DNA of 64,000 nt from Thermoplasmata archaeon (GCA_041489255.1 JBGPQV010000011.1:3528-67527), one strand, 5' to 3'; shown: positions 1 to 10,303, counted from the stretch's first letter. Notes: generated by a model from the sequence alone, not told the origin. Program-made: numbers and translations.

Positions 1-408
1 GCAGTTCGCGAAATAGCCCGCACTCCCCGGCTCGAACGCAAATCCGCCCCAGAAATCCGAGATGTTGTAGGAAGCCACTGAGATGTCATTGCTCGCTGTC
101 CCATTCGCCTCCAGTATCCCCTGGATGCTCACCTGTTTGTCCTTGTGCACCCAGACCTGCTCGCCTGGGCGGAGGATCAGGACATCTCCGGCGCACACCG
201 TGATGTTCTCAAGGATAGCGTACGTTCCTGGCAACATCCCCGGCCCAACCGCGCTCGAATTGGCTTTCACGTCCTCCAACGACCAGCGAACGCCAGTGCA
301 TGGAGTGGTGTAGGCGGCAGCTGAGGCGGGAGGAGTCCACACTACAATGGAAAGGAGAATGGCCGCGGCTGCATACAAGGCAAGGGTCCTCCAGAGAGTC
401 AAGCTCAA
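1..408 (-). CDS. Partial CDS, the N-terminal part of a secreted protein that runs off the window start
   Basis: The minus-strand frame is open from about 408 to position 1. A TTG start at about 408 or 402 is followed by a signal-like peptide (LWRTLALYAAAAILLSIVVWTPPASAAAY) and then ...GILEANGTASNDISVASYNISDFWGGFAFEPGSAGYFANC. The gene is not in the ORF track because its stop lies outside the window. Confidence 0.3.
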   Translation of the reverse strand, partial: MSLTLWRTLALYAAAAILLSIVVWTPPASAAAYTTPCTGVRWSLEDVKANSSAVGPGMLPGTYAILENITVCAGDVLILRPGEQVWVHKDKQVSIQGILEANGTASNDISVASYNISDFWGGFAFEPGSAGYFANC

Positions 409-541
409 TACCCCGTGTCGTTGATTCCAGCTTCTCTATATATAGTTCCCTCAGTGTGCAAACATCTCATGGACCGCCGCGAAACAGCGGCATCCGGAAA
501 AGCCCTAAGTATTCAGCCCGATACGGAGGGCGAGCGAGAGC

Positions 542-1012
542 ATGGCGGCGACGACGAAGCAAGTCGATCTGTTTGGCGGGGAAGTCGAGGATTGCGTCTT
601 CTGCAGGATCGCGCGAGGGAAATTGCAGAGCCTTCTCGTGTTCGAGGATGATGTGTCGGTGGCCTTTCTGGACAACAACCCCGTCTTCCCCGGTCACTGC
701 CTGCTCGTCCCGAAGGTGCACCACCAGCTGATCGAACAACTCCCCAGGGAATTCATCGACCCCCTGTTCGCGAACCTCCAGTTGATCTCCAAGGCGGTCA
801 AACTCGGGATGAAGGCGGACGGCACCTTCCTCGGAATCAATAACGGCGTGAGCCAGCACGTCCCTCACCTGCACATACATGTCATCCCTCGCAGGAAGGG
901 CGACGGGTTGAAGGGCTTCTTCTGGCCGAGTTCCAAGTATCCGGATGAGAAGACGGCCGAGGACATCCAGCATGCAATCAAGTCAGCTATCGACGAACTG
1001 AAGTCTCATTAG
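542..1012 (+). CDS. HIT-family (histidine triad) hydrolase
   Basis: A 156-aa protein with the histidine-triad motif HVPHLHIHVIPR and an N-terminal CVFCRI... that is typical of Hint proteins. Confidence 0.8.
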   Translation: MAATTKQVDLFGGEVEDCVFCRIARGKLQSLLVFEDDVSVAFLDNNPVFPGHCLLVPKVHHQLIEQLPREFIDPLFANLQLISKAVKLGMKADGTFLGINNGVSQHVPHLHIHVIPRRKGDGLKGFFWPSSKYPDEKTAEDIQHAIKSAIDELKSH

Positions 1013-1030
1013 CCCCGCCATCGTTCCGCG

Positions 1031-1567
1031 TCAATCTTTGAGCAGCTTCCCGAGCTCGAGCCTGACCTCCCCCTTCTCGGCGTCCTCGTTGCTGTACGCG
1101 GTCCTGTCGAAACCGACGAGGTCGAAGCCGAATCCCAGATAGAACGCCATCGCCCCGACGTTGCAACTCTGCATCTCGAGCACGAGCATCCTCGAACCTG
1201 CCTCCCTCGCGACCTCCTCCGCCTTCCTCATGAGGGCGGTGCCTATGCCGCGCCTCTGGTACTCCTTCTGCACGAGGAACTCCCAGACCCTGGTCCTGTC
1301 CTTGAACGCGTTGAGGTCGATCTCGATCCAGCCGACCTCCCTCCCGCCCTCGACCGCTGCGAAAGCGCGAGGCTTCAGCACCATCCACTGGAACAGCTCG
1401 GACTCGCAGCTCTTCTCCAGCTCCTTCGGGAGCGGCTTGAGTTCGAGCCTGGCGGTCCAGCCTTTGTCATCCTTCTTGAGATTCAGCGCGTAATGCTGTC
1501 GGGTCGTGTACCGATAGACCAGTTTCGCGTGCTGTTTGCCGCCCTTCTTCAGCTCGACAATCTCCAT
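1031..1567 (-). CDS. GNAT-family N-acetyltransferase
   Basis: A 178-aa protein with the acetyl-CoA-binding motif QKEYQRRGIGTALM and a GNAT-like fold pattern. Confidence 0.7.
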   Translation of the reverse strand: MEIVELKKGGKQHAKLVYRYTTRQHYALNLKKDDKGWTARLELKPLPKELEKSCESELFQWMVLKPRAFAAVEGGREVGWIEIDLNAFKDRTRVWEFLVQKEYQRRGIGTALMRKAEEVAREAGSRMLVLEMQSCNVGAMAFYLGFGFDLVGFDRTAYSNEDAEKGEVRLELGKLLKD

Positions 1568-1571
1568 CCTC

Positions 1572-1883
1572 TCACCCGACTACTCCACGTGTTCTTTTTC
1601 GCTTCGAACTATCATCGTGATGTTCAACCATGATCGTCAGGTTCGGTTTGATACCGGCCAGCGCGGGTAGGAGATGATTCAGGACTTGCTCGGCGGTCAT
1701 CCGGAATGTTCGGCCGCGCGCGCTCGCCTTCAGCCAGCCGGTCCTGTCGCGGTAGTAGCGCTCAGTGAAGGTCTTGGTACTGATCAGAATGACGTAGCTG
1801 TCATTGGTCAGGTTCATGGGACGAGAATCCACGATGGAGGTCTTAAGGGTGCCTTCCGGAAGCGTTGATTTACGCAATTGCAC
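1572..1883 (-). CDS. Hypothetical protein
   Basis: A 103-aa ORF with no motif I recognise. An internal Met (MNLTNDSYVIL...) is an alternative start. Confidence 0.25.
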   Translation of the reverse strand: MQLRKSTLPEGTLKTSIVDSRPMNLTNDSYVILISTKTFTERYYRDRTGWLKASARGRTFRMTAEQVLNHLLPALAGIKPNLTIMVEHHDDSSKRKRTRGVVG

Positions 1884-1972
1884 CCCATTGCAGGATGTCG
1901 AGGCTTTCCGCGATCAAGATGTGCCGAGTTGTGGAAGTTCTTCCACAACGACGCTTCCAGGGATAGGAGAGC

Positions 1973-2302
1973 TTGCTGACCGCAACCCTTACTATGCGGG
2001 CGACCATTCATAGATCGATGGCGGGAAACGAGCCCCTCGATATATCTGATTCTGAGCGCGAAGCTCGGAGAACCATCCGGGCGGCGATGATCGGGATCAT
2101 CATGCTGGTTGTCGGCCTCATGCTCGCGCTGAGCAATTTCGTGATTTACATCGGGGCATGGCCTGATGAGCGGCCGTTCTACTTGGGCGGCATCGGCGTA
2201 ATCATGTCCATCATAGGATTCATCGCTCTCGCCGCGGGGCTCATCATGTCGTGGGTATTCAGCCACGAGGCGAGCGTGCAGGCGGAAGCCCCGGGGCGGT
2301 GA
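1973..2302 (+). CDS. Hypothetical small membrane protein
   Basis: A 109-aa protein with two or three hydrophobic helices (IIMLVVGLMLALSNFVIYI, GGIGVIMSIIGFIALAAGLIM). Confidence 0.35.
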   Translation: MLTATLTMRATIHRSMAGNEPLDISDSEREARRTIRAAMIGIIMLVVGLMLALSNFVIYIGAWPDERPFYLGGIGVIMSIIGFIALAAGLIMSWVFSHEASVQAEAPGR

Positions 2303-2311
2303 CGACCATCG

Positions 2312-5300
2312 TCAGAGTTCCCCGCCGGGGCGATCACGCCGCTTCTTCATGCCTTCCGCCGCGATGGAGACGGCTGCCGCAATCCCCATGCTGACCACCG
2401 CCACAAGGGCGACAAGCATGTAGCCATTGACGGCAACCTCCGAGGAGCATTCCTGGTCGGTCGGGACGCTTGTGCCGTCAGGGCATGTCCTGAAGAGCTT
2501 CAGGATGAGGAACACGACGCTGGCGTTCCCTTTCCCTTCGTCGAGAGAATCTGCGCTGACCGTCAAGACGACCGGGGTCTGGTTGGAAGCCATCGAGTCG
2601 CTTGGCGGCGCCCTGAACCTCAACCTCGATGTCACGGAGCCGTTCCACTGGGATGGCTCGATGCCGTACGGCGGCTCGAGGGGCGGGTTCGTGGCGGCTG
2701 TCGCCTGAGAATCCGGCACGGCGAAGCCATCGCGGTCTGCGACCGAGACCTCAAACCAGATCGTGTCCGAGGTGGGGACGATGTCGGTGTCGAGGAATTG
2801 GATTGTCACTCCGAGGAACTTCGCCGCCGCGGGATAGACGGCGATGACGAAGCTCTTGCTCGATTCCGGGACCTCCTGGAATTGCGGGTATGTTGCCGTG
2901 GCGGTGATGGTGACATTGTAGATGCCGTCGACCGACGGCGCGGTGTATGTCAGCACCAATTTCCCCAGTGATGCCGTGGCGGTGATGTCATTGCCCGCGG
3001 GGCCACCGCCAGCGGAGAGATTGCCCGCCCACTCTGGGGTCACTGTCGCATGGACCAATGCGCCGTCGACCGGATTGCCATCCTGGTCTCTCACCTTGAT
3101 TGTGACAGCCGCGCTCTCGCCTGCCGTCACCGCAGAGGAAGACTCGATCGAAACATACAGCCGCATTCCGGTTGGCGGCCTGATGTTGAGCAGGGACCAG
3201 AAGTTCCACACGGTCCCGTGCAGTGGCTTCCAACCGATGAAGCGGCCTTGGTTGGTCGACTCGATGTTCGTCTTGAAGTAGAGAGTGTCGTATGGGAGCT
3301 TGTCCAAGACGATACCTTGCGCCCACTTGAACAGATCCGCCCGCCTCGTTGCATTCATTTCCCGTCTCGAGGAGTCGAGTACGGCGTCCATGAGCCCATC
3401 GTTGAAGCCCGCATAATTGTGTCCTGACGCCGCACGGGAGGAGTGGAGGAAATCGAAGAGGTAGTCAGGATCGTAGTCGCTGACCGTCCATCCAAAGACG
3501 TACATGTCGTATTCGTGCCACGTGATTATGTTTATGAGTCCGGTGGTCGAGGTCGATACCGTGCGCACATTCACCCCGAATCGACGCATCTCATCGGTAA
3601 TCAACGCGCAGGAATTCGCCTTAACAGGATCGTAGTCGGCTTTCGGGCACCAGAGATTGAATTCCGTGGGACCTATTCCCGGAAGTATGTAGTAGCCCGT
3701 CCCCGGATCCTTTGTGAACCAGGCAACTGCTTCGGGTGGACCGCCGTTGGCCGCCAGCCAGACTGCGTCAGCGTGCGCCAAATCCAATTCTGCGCTGGCT
3801 GCTGTCGTGTTGAAGTCGTAACCTATGAGAGAGGTGTTGTAGAATCTGACATTGTTCGGGCTCATTGGGACGAGTCCAGCGCGGCCGTATCCCTGCAGGA
3901 AGTCGTTCACGATGTGTGTCTTGTCGATCAAGTGCGCCACTGCTTTTCTGAAGTGATAACCCACGTCGAATCCATCTGCCTGCCCGTAATGCCACATCCC
4001 CACTGAAGGTCGCCTTAGGTTATAACCGAGATACGTGAACCCAGGATCGGGTCTAGCCCAGATTCGAACGTCCCACATGAGTTGAAGGCGCGGCACAAAC
4101 TCGGGTGGAGTGCCGGAGCGGCAGAAATCAATGTCCCGATTGCTTTCCATTCGTATGAAACAATAATAGCCTTCCCAAGGGACTGTGAATGTGATGCCGT
4201 CGATGAATGGCTGATTGATGTAAGTAGATAGGAATGAGTCGAGCACCGCGCCAGTCTTCGCGTCGCGTCCCACGAAGTAGAGCGGATTCTTGAGAACGCG
4301 GGTTGTCCTATATGACTCGTTAGACATCTCAAAGATGAAGGGGCCTGTTCCAATGACATCCATGTCCTCGGGCTGCCATTCCTCTGCGCTGTCAATCGCC
4401 GGGGTGTCGGATTTCAGGTAGACGTAGGGCTTGAAAGTCGTCTCGGTCATTGGCACACCCTGTCCGAATCTGGCGTCCGACTCGGGATAGATCGCGATGC
4501 CGAAATCCAGATGCAATGGGCCTACCTTGTCGCCGTAAAACGGGTCGATTCTCTCTGTATCGATCCTCCACCCGGTCTGCTCCCAGACATGGCGGGGGAA
4601 AAGCACGCAGCCCGCGAGTGTTCGATTGGCGAAGAGGACGAAAGGCTCCTGGAGCTGAAACCTGACCGCCACGCGGAGAGAGGGGTCCCCGACCTGAGGC
4701 TCGTCACCCCAGTTCTTCACCGCCGGTGTGACGAAAAGCCACCGTGTCGTCGAGTAGTTGCTCGCTGACCTTCCCGCCTTGTCCATCAGGACGAACAGGT
4801 CGCTGTTCTTTCGGGGATTCATCGCCGTCAGCTGATACGAGAAGAAGAGATCGCCGACAGTCGCCTGGACTCCGTCGTGGAAATAGACTCCGTTGAAGTC
4901 GTAGTATGCCGTGACGTTGAGGATGTCGCCGCTCTCCGGCTTCTCGAACTCGCCATATTCATTGCCCTTGAACATCCCGTCATCGTCCACATCGATCCCC
5001 TTCAATATGTATGGGGCGAGCGCGTCGGTCTCAGGGAGTGCTTTGCCAACGGCATCATAGACCAGGTCGAGCACGTCTTTTGTCGGGATATCCTGAGCAA
5101 TGGCGGGGAGCGGATTCCTTGTCTTCATGCTGCCCAGCTCGCCCACGACCAAGATCACCGGTTCGCCCTTCGTCTGATCTCCTGAGCCTCTTATCGCGAG
5201 GCCGCCGAGAACGATGAGCAGTGCCAATGCAATTGCTGGACAGAATCCGCGCCTCGCAGAATGCTGCTTCGACTGACTCCCTCCGATGTCATAATCGGGA

Positions 5301-5341
5301 TTATCCTTCGACATTCGGCGTCTTGCCATCGTCGACCACAT
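2312..5341 (-). CDS. Surface-anchored family-5 (OppA-like) extracellular solute-binding domain protein. It has an N-terminal signal/TM, C-terminal Ig-like domains and a C-terminal TM anchor.
   Basis: A 1009-aa protein with an N-terminal hydrophobic segment (AIALALLIVLGGLAI) and a large SBP_bac_5-like central region. The last 300 aa are Thr/Ser-rich beta-sandwich-like, followed by a C-terminal TM (YMLVALVAVVSMGIAAAVSIAA) plus KKRRDR. No ABC permease or ATPase genes are adjacent. Confidence 0.6.
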   Translation of the reverse strand: MWSTMARRRMSKDNPDYDIGGSQSKQHSARRGFCPAIALALLIVLGGLAIRGSGDQTKGEPVILVVGELGSMKTRNPLPAIAQDIPTKDVLDLVYDAVGKALPETDALAPYILKGIDVDDDGMFKGNEYGEFEKPESGDILNVTAYYDFNGVYFHDGVQATVGDLFFSYQLTAMNPRKNSDLFVLMDKAGRSASNYSTTRWLFVTPAVKNWGDEPQVGDPSLRVAVRFQLQEPFVLFANRTLAGCVLFPRHVWEQTGWRIDTERIDPFYGDKVGPLHLDFGIAIYPESDARFGQGVPMTETTFKPYVYLKSDTPAIDSAEEWQPEDMDVIGTGPFIFEMSNESYRTTRVLKNPLYFVGRDAKTGAVLDSFLSTYINQPFIDGITFTVPWEGYYCFIRMESNRDIDFCRSGTPPEFVPRLQLMWDVRIWARPDPGFTYLGYNLRRPSVGMWHYGQADGFDVGYHFRKAVAHLIDKTHIVNDFLQGYGRAGLVPMSPNNVRFYNTSLIGYDFNTTAASAELDLAHADAVWLAANGGPPEAVAWFTKDPGTGYYILPGIGPTEFNLWCPKADYDPVKANSCALITDEMRRFGVNVRTVSTSTTGLINIITWHEYDMYVFGWTVSDYDPDYLFDFLHSSRAASGHNYAGFNDGLMDAVLDSSRREMNATRRADLFKWAQGIVLDKLPYDTLYFKTNIESTNQGRFIGWKPLHGTVWNFWSLLNIRPPTGMRLYVSIESSSAVTAGESAAVTIKVRDQDGNPVDGALVHATVTPEWAGNLSAGGGPAGNDITATASLGKLVLTYTAPSVDGIYNVTITATATYPQFQEVPESSKSFVIAVYPAAAKFLGVTIQFLDTDIVPTSDTIWFEVSVADRDGFAVPDSQATAATNPPLEPPYGIEPSQWNGSVTSRLRFRAPPSDSMASNQTPVVLTVSADSLDEGKGNASVVFLILKLFRTCPDGTSVPTDQECSSEVAVNGYMLVALVAVVSMGIAAAVSIAAEGMKKRRDRPGGEL

Positions 5342-5446
5342 CCACCATCACTGGAGATTCATCCCCTATCTCGGTATAAAAACAGATTTGTACGGTTGCT
5401 TGTGGACTGCGTGGCGGTTGCTGTCCGAACTCAAGCTTATGAAGGA

Positions 5447-6364
5447 GTGCTGGTTCCGAGGCTCGTGCGTCGCGACTCGGCTGTGCTCCACGGTTCCCTT
5501 CTTGTCGCCATAGTTTTCTGGGGCCTGGCCTTCACCGCCATCAAGCTCGCGCTCGCGCACATGTCATGGATCACCCTGACCTTTCTCCGCCTCGCGATTG
5601 CCTCCGGGCTCTACGTGGTCTACCTGACCGCGATGAAACCTACGACGCGGATAGAGAGACGGGACTTCCCGAAGATCGCCCTGATAGGCTTCGTCGCATT
5701 CACCGCCTACCACCTCTTTCTGAACCTCGGTGAGATGGATCCGAACACAACGGCGGGCACGAGCGCTCTGGTGATCGCATCCGCTCCCGCGTTCTTAACC
5801 ATCCTGGCGGTGGTGATGCTCAAGGAGAAGGTGACTTCCGTCCGCGCACTAGGTATCGCCTTTGCCTTTGTCGGTCTGGCGGTGATGCTCCTGCTGAGCT
5901 CACCCGGCAGCGAGTATCGAGTCACGTTCACAGTGGGGGCGGCATTGATCATCCCCGCCGCTTTCTTCGCGGCGCTCTATTCCGCCCTTGCGAAGCCGCT
6001 GCTCTCTAAGTACCAGCCCTTCCAGCTCACCGCCTATGCCATGTTCTTCGGGACGATCTTCACGCTGCCTTTCGTGGCGGTGAATGGCGGTGGAACCATG
6101 AGCGATCTGGGCACGATGGGGATTGGCGGCGCTTTGCCCCTTCTGTTCCTCGGGCTTTTTCCCACCTTCCTCTCCTACGGACTCTGGTTCAGGGCATTGC
6201 AGAAGATGGAGGCCTCGGCCGCAGGCGCATACGTCTACCTGAGCACCCTCTTGGCGGTGGTGGCGGGGATAATCGTCCTCGGTGAAACCGTCGCCGCTCC
6301 CGCCATAATCGGCGGGGCGATGGTCATCGGCGGGGTCTACGTGGCCCAGCGCCGCTCAAGATAG
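5447..6364 (+). CDS. EamA/DMT-superfamily transporter
   Basis: About 10 TM helices with an EamA-like duplicated pattern. The ORF-track start at 5261 overlaps the upstream gene, and a GTG at 5447 immediately precedes TM1 (LLVAIVFWGLAFTAIKLAL). Confidence 0.65.
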   Translation: MLVPRLVRRDSAVLHGSLLVAIVFWGLAFTAIKLALAHMSWITLTFLRLAIASGLYVVYLTAMKPTTRIERRDFPKIALIGFVAFTAYHLFLNLGEMDPNTTAGTSALVIASAPAFLTILAVVMLKEKVTSVRALGIAFAFVGLAVMLLLSSPGSEYRVTFTVGAALIIPAAFFAALYSALAKPLLSKYQPFQLTAYAMFFGTIFTLPFVAVNGGGTMSDLGTMGIGGALPLLFLGLFPTFLSYGLWFRALQKMEASAAGAYVYLSTLLAVVAGIIVLGETVAAPAIIGGAMVIGGVYVAQRRSR

Positions 6365-7207
6365 CCCGGTGAGCCTCTCGCTCACTTCCCACAATCGCTT
6401 GGCCAGTCCCTCATCGTGCGAGGAATTCGAGGACTGTACTTCCCTGCAATTGCTGAAGTACTTGCCGGTGACGCCCTCCACCTCTGGCGATGAAGCGAGA
6501 TAGACGGCTGTCCGCGCACCTTCCTCAACTGACCGTCCCATGTGCCTGAAGAAGAAGCCGGATGGACCGCGGATGTGACGCCCTAAATCGGTCTTCGTCA
6601 TGCCAGGTGTGAAGCAGTTGGCGGTCACGCCAGTGCCCTTGAGTCTCCGGGCCAATTCGTAGGTGAAAAGCACGTTCGCCAGCTTCGATCTCCCATAGGT
6701 CCCGAAGAGGCTGTAGCCTCGCTCTGCCTGGAGATTGTCGAAATCGATCTTTCCCCTAGTGTGTATGCCAGAGGATGTGTTGACGATCCTCGCCGGCGCA
6801 CCGAGCTTGATGACGGCGAGAAGAAGGTTCGTGAGCAGGAACGGTGCGAGATGGTTGACGGCGAACTGCATCTCGAATCCGTCAGCACTGACCTCGCGTT
6901 TGGCGGGGATTGTGCCCGCGTTGTTCACGAGGACGTGGAGCCTCTGATGTCTGGACTTGAATTCGGAGACGAGGTCTCTGACTGCTTCGAGAGAGGAAAA
7001 GTCGACCGTCATGAGCGCCACGGAAGCATTTGGAACCTGAGTCAGAATCTCTTTCTGAGCAGCCTCCCCGCGCTCGCTGCTCTTTCCGACCATGACCACC
7101 GTCGCGCTCATCCGCGCAAGCGCCTTCGCGGTCTCTTTCCCGATCCCCGAGCTGGCTCCGGTGACCATGCAGACCTTGCCGCGCATCAGAGCATTGTCAG
7201 AGACCAT
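6356..7207 (-). CDS. Short-chain dehydrogenase/reductase (SDR)
   Basis: Has the Rossmann motif TGASSGIGKETAK and an NNAG motif (VLVNNAG); the YxxxK catalytic dyad was not located. Length is 283 aa. Confidence 0.8.
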   Translation of the reverse strand: MVSDNALMRGKVCMVTGASSGIGKETAKALARMSATVVMVGKSSERGEAAQKEILTQVPNASVALMTVDFSSLEAVRDLVSEFKSRHQRLHVLVNNAGTIPAKREVSADGFEMQFAVNHLAPFLLTNLLLAVIKLGAPARIVNTSSGIHTRGKIDFDNLQAERGYSLFGTYGRSKLANVLFTYELARRLKGTGVTANCFTPGMTKTDLGRHIRGPSGFFFRHMGRSVEEGARTAVYLASSPEVEGVTGKYFSNCREVQSSNSSHDEGLAKRLWEVSERLTGLS

Positions 7208-7260
7208 GATTGCTCACACTGAGACCACAGCACTGCTCCTGCTAGAACTTTGCCGATTGC

Positions 7261-8268
7261 TCAGACCGCTTCCATGGTGGACGGCGGCTTCGGGGTGACG
7301 TTGTAGGTCACGCTGACCACGCCCGGCACCTCTCTCGTCGTCCTGTCGGCTATCCTCTGCAATGCCGAAAACGGGATGTTCGACGGCGTGGCAGTCCTCG
7401 CGTCCAGGCTGTCCCAGCACCTGATCTCTATCTGCTGGCCGAAGTCCCTTTTCCCGTCCCTCATCCCGGTGACCTTGTCCTTGTGAAGGATGGCCATGTA
7501 CTGGAACGCGCCGGACTTCGCGAGCTCCTCCTCGACTATGATGGTGGCGGCCCTGACTACCGCAATCCGTTCTGGCGTCACCTCTCCGATGACCCTGCCT
7601 GCCAAGGCCGGTCCCAGGAATGGCATCCGGTTGTAGATCTCCTCTGGCAGCCCGAGCGCCTTGCTGACCTTCCTGACGCCATCCTTCCTCAGCTGTATCA
7701 ACGGCTCGAGGACCTGATAGCCAAACTCCTTCTCGGTGTCGATGCCGATCTGTGAGAGGATGTTGTGCTGCCTCTTGATTCCCGCAACGGTCTCATCGAC
7801 GTCGGTGAGTATCGTTCCGTGCATCAGGAACTTCGCGCCGGTATCCCTGACAAGCTTTCCGAAGACGTCGCGGTAGAACGTCCTGGTGATCGCCTCTCTC
7901 TTCTGCTCCGGGTCCTCGATTCCCTTCAGCGCATTGAAGAACTGCTGTTTGGCATCGACCAGCTCGACCTTGACGCCGAATTTCTTGAAGACGCTCACGA
8001 CGCGTTGCGGCTCGCCCTCCCTCATTAGCCCGTGGTCCACGAAGACGGTCCTGAGGCGGTCGCCCAATGCCTCGTGGCCCAGCATGGTGACGGTCGACGA
8101 ATCGACGCCACCTGAAAGGGCGTTAATCGCCAGCCCTTTACCCACGGTCTTTTTGATCTCCTCGACCTTCTCGGCGATGAACTTCTTCGAATCCAGCTCG
8201 CTTGCTTTGATTTCCTTAATCAACTCGCCACCCCGCCACGGGGATGTGATGATTGCGTATAAAGACAT
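7261..8268 (-). CDS. guaA: GMP synthase [glutamine-hydrolysing] subunit B (PP-ATPase subunit)
   Basis: Has the PP-loop SGGVDSS and a GMP-synthase C-terminal dimerisation region. The true start is MSLYAIITSPW (ATG at 8268), and the ORF-track N-terminal extension is spurious. The two-subunit archaeal form is about 305 aa. Confidence 0.8.
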   Translation of the reverse strand: MSLYAIITSPWRGGELIKEIKASELDSKKFIAEKVEEIKKTVGKGLAINALSGGVDSSTVTMLGHEALGDRLRTVFVDHGLMREGEPQRVVSVFKKFGVKVELVDAKQQFFNALKGIEDPEQKREAITRTFYRDVFGKLVRDTGAKFLMHGTILTDVDETVAGIKRQHNILSQIGIDTEKEFGYQVLEPLIQLRKDGVRKVSKALGLPEEIYNRMPFLGPALAGRVIGEVTPERIAVVRAATIIVEEELAKSGAFQYMAILHKDKVTGMRDGKRDFGQQIEIRCWDSLDARTATPSNIPFSALQRIADRTTREVPGVVSVTYNVTPKPPSTMEAV

Positions 8269-8518
8269 GATTCCCTGATGCACTGCCGTTCCGGCACGGC
8301 TGACATAGGGCATAGCTCGTCGGGAATATCGAGAGATGACCACGCCTCTGGGCCGAACCATGCGCCAAGAGAATGCGAGGCATGGCGGGGCCGCACTCAC
8401 CAGACCCTTGCCAGCCAAGCCTGGCCAGCGAATCTTTTTAACCCCTCCAGACGTATATCGTTCAAGGACATCCAGACCTTCTGAGAAGGGATAGGAAAGG
8501 GGCGGGGAGGACTAGTCT

Positions 8519-10303
8519 ATGATCGGGGTCGTGGCCATGCGAGTGGGACTATTGAAGCTGTCAATTGCCATGCTCCTCGTCTCTTCACTTTCTCTGGCGA
8601 CGATCCAAGGATGGACGGCACCAACCTTCACCGAGGCCGGAAAGCCCGGCTTGGCGGGGGCCGGAGGATGGCACTACTATACTGTCGACACGATCGGTCA
8701 GGTCGGCCCGTTCAACTCGCTCGCGGTCGACAAGTACGGAATCCCGCACATAAGCTATTTCGACGCCACGAACTCCGATCTCAAGTACGCCACATGGACG
8801 GGGAGTAACTGGAGAGTGGAGACGGTTGACTCGGATGGATACGTGGGGACCGATACCTCCATCGCCGTCGACAGCCAGGGATACCCGCACATCAGCTACA
8901 GGGCGATCAACTCAAGCACGAACTGGAACGACCTGAAGTACGCCAGCTGGACCGGCAGCAGCTGGAAGATTGAGACGCTTGAAACCGCCTACAGCACCGC
9001 GTTCTACACCTCCCTGGTCATCGACAAGGATGACCGGCCTCACATCAGCTTCTACGAGGGTTGGTCAGGCTACAGGATCCGCTACGCGACTTCGAATGGG
9101 AGCGGCTGGAGCATCGACACTGTTGACTACGTGAGCGGCACAATCACGCGCACCTCGCTCGCATTGGACAGCCTCGGTCACCCGCACGTCGCGTACTATG
9201 ACGGGGTGCCGGACTACACGCTGAAGCACTCATGGTGGGACGGGACTGAGTGGAGGAACGAGACTCTCAGCGGCACCAGGTACGTCTGCGGGTATGCCTC
9301 TCTCGCCCTTGACGTATCTGATACCACGCACATGGCTTATCAGAACCTGATGAACAACAACATCAGGTACGCGAGCCATGTGAGCGGCGGCTGGAACACG
9401 ACAACTGTCGACTCAGCGGGCGACGCATGCACGTTCGCGTCACTTGCCCTCGATGGAGCAGGGCGGGCGCACGTGGCATATTCGGAGACAATCCATCACA
9501 GCCTCAGATACGCCGAGGAAGCGACTGGCGGTTGGAATCCCGAGACGGTCAACGACACCGGTTTTGTCAGCTCGCACATTTCGCTCGCCTTGAATGTGAA
9601 CGGCACACCGCGCATCAGCTACTATGACGAGACGGGCCAGGACCTCTTGTACGCCGCGAAGGACGAACTCGGTCCGGGACAGGTGCCGACGCTCTCATTT
9701 TCCCCGCCATTGCTGGACTTCGGAAATCTCCAGCAGGGGAGCACGAGCACGATGACCTTTGATGTCTGGAACTCTGGCGGCGGCACGCTCAACTACAGCC
9801 TCTATGAGAATCTCTCGTGGATAACTGCAGTGAGTCCGGCTAACGGGTCGAGCACGGGGAATGTCGATGCGGTGAACATATCGATAGACACGACCGGGGT
9901 CCCTGTCGGCCTTCATTCAGGTTCAGTGGAAATCGCCTCGAATGGCGGGAACGGGACTGTCGCCGTCACCGTGAACGTGACCGCACCGCCCCGCCAGGTC
10001 ACTCTCAGGATCGAGCCGCGGACGCTCAACCTGAAGTCCAAGGGCAACTGGATAACCGCTCACCTCACGGTTGAGAAGGGGAGCGCGCGAGACATCAATG
10101 CCTCGACCCTGCTATTGAACGGAGTTGTCCCGCCAGCGTGGTGGAAGGTCACCAGCAACGACACGCTCCTCGTCAAGTTCGATCGCGCCGCCGTGCAGGC
10201 GATTCTGGCGGTGTCTGATTCGGTGGACATCGAAGTCGCGGGATACTTCTACGATGGCGGGAGTTTCGAGGCGCACGATGTGATCAGGGTCATCAATCCC
10301 TGA
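8519..10303 (+). CDS. Secreted protein with about 7 tandem propeller-type repeats and a C-terminal beta-sandwich domain
   Basis: Has a signal peptide (MRVGLLKLSIAMLLVSSLSLA). A roughly 47-aa repeat recurs about 7 times: LKYA-WTG-xW-ETVD-xG-x-SIAVDSxGxPHISY. The C-terminal 200 aa form an Ig/ASH-like region (GTVAVTVNVTAPP...). Confidence 0.55.
   Translation: MIGVVAMRVGLLKLSIAMLLVSSLSLATIQGWTAPTFTEAGKPGLAGAGGWHYYTVDTIGQVGPFNSLAVDKYGIPHISYFDATNSDLKYATWTGSNWRVETVDSDGYVGTDTSIAVDSQGYPHISYRAINSSTNWNDLKYASWTGSSWKIETLETAYSTAFYTSLVIDKDDRPHISFYEGWSGYRIRYATSNGSGWSIDTVDYVSGTITRTSLALDSLGHPHVAYYDGVPDYTLKHSWWDGTEWRNETLSGTRYVCGYASLALDVSDTTHMAYQNLMNNNIRYASHVSGGWNTTTVDSAGDACTFASLALDGAGRAHVAYSETIHHSLRYAEEATGGWNPETVNDTGFVSSHISLALNVNGTPRISYYDETGQDLLYAAKDELGPGQVPTLSFSPPLLDFGNLQQGSTSTMTFDVWNSGGGTLNYSLYENLSWITAVSPANGSSTGNVDAVNISIDTTGVPVGLHSGSVEIASNGGNGTVAVTVNVTAPPRQVTLRIEPRTLNLKSKGNWITAHLTVEKGSARDINASTLLLNGVVPPAWWKVTSNDTLLVKFDRAAVQAILAVSDSVDIEVAGYFYDGGSFEAHDVIRVINP

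Noticed and set aside
467-973. Antisense and alternative-frame ORFs of at least 100 aa overlapping well-supported genes. Examples are 467..973, 3443..4006, 14455..15123, 15648..16148, 23574..24401, 27994..28653, 39684..40598, 52104..53507, 55723..56508 and 61131..62414.
   Set aside because: These are high-GC, Arg/Pro/Gly-rich compositional artefacts with no motifs. Each lies entirely within a gene with strong family signatures on the other strand or frame.
5261-5446. N-terminal 62-aa extension of the EamA transporter ORF
   Set aside because: It overlaps the 3' end of the upstream minus-strand gene and is non-membrane. A GTG start at 5447 precedes TM1.
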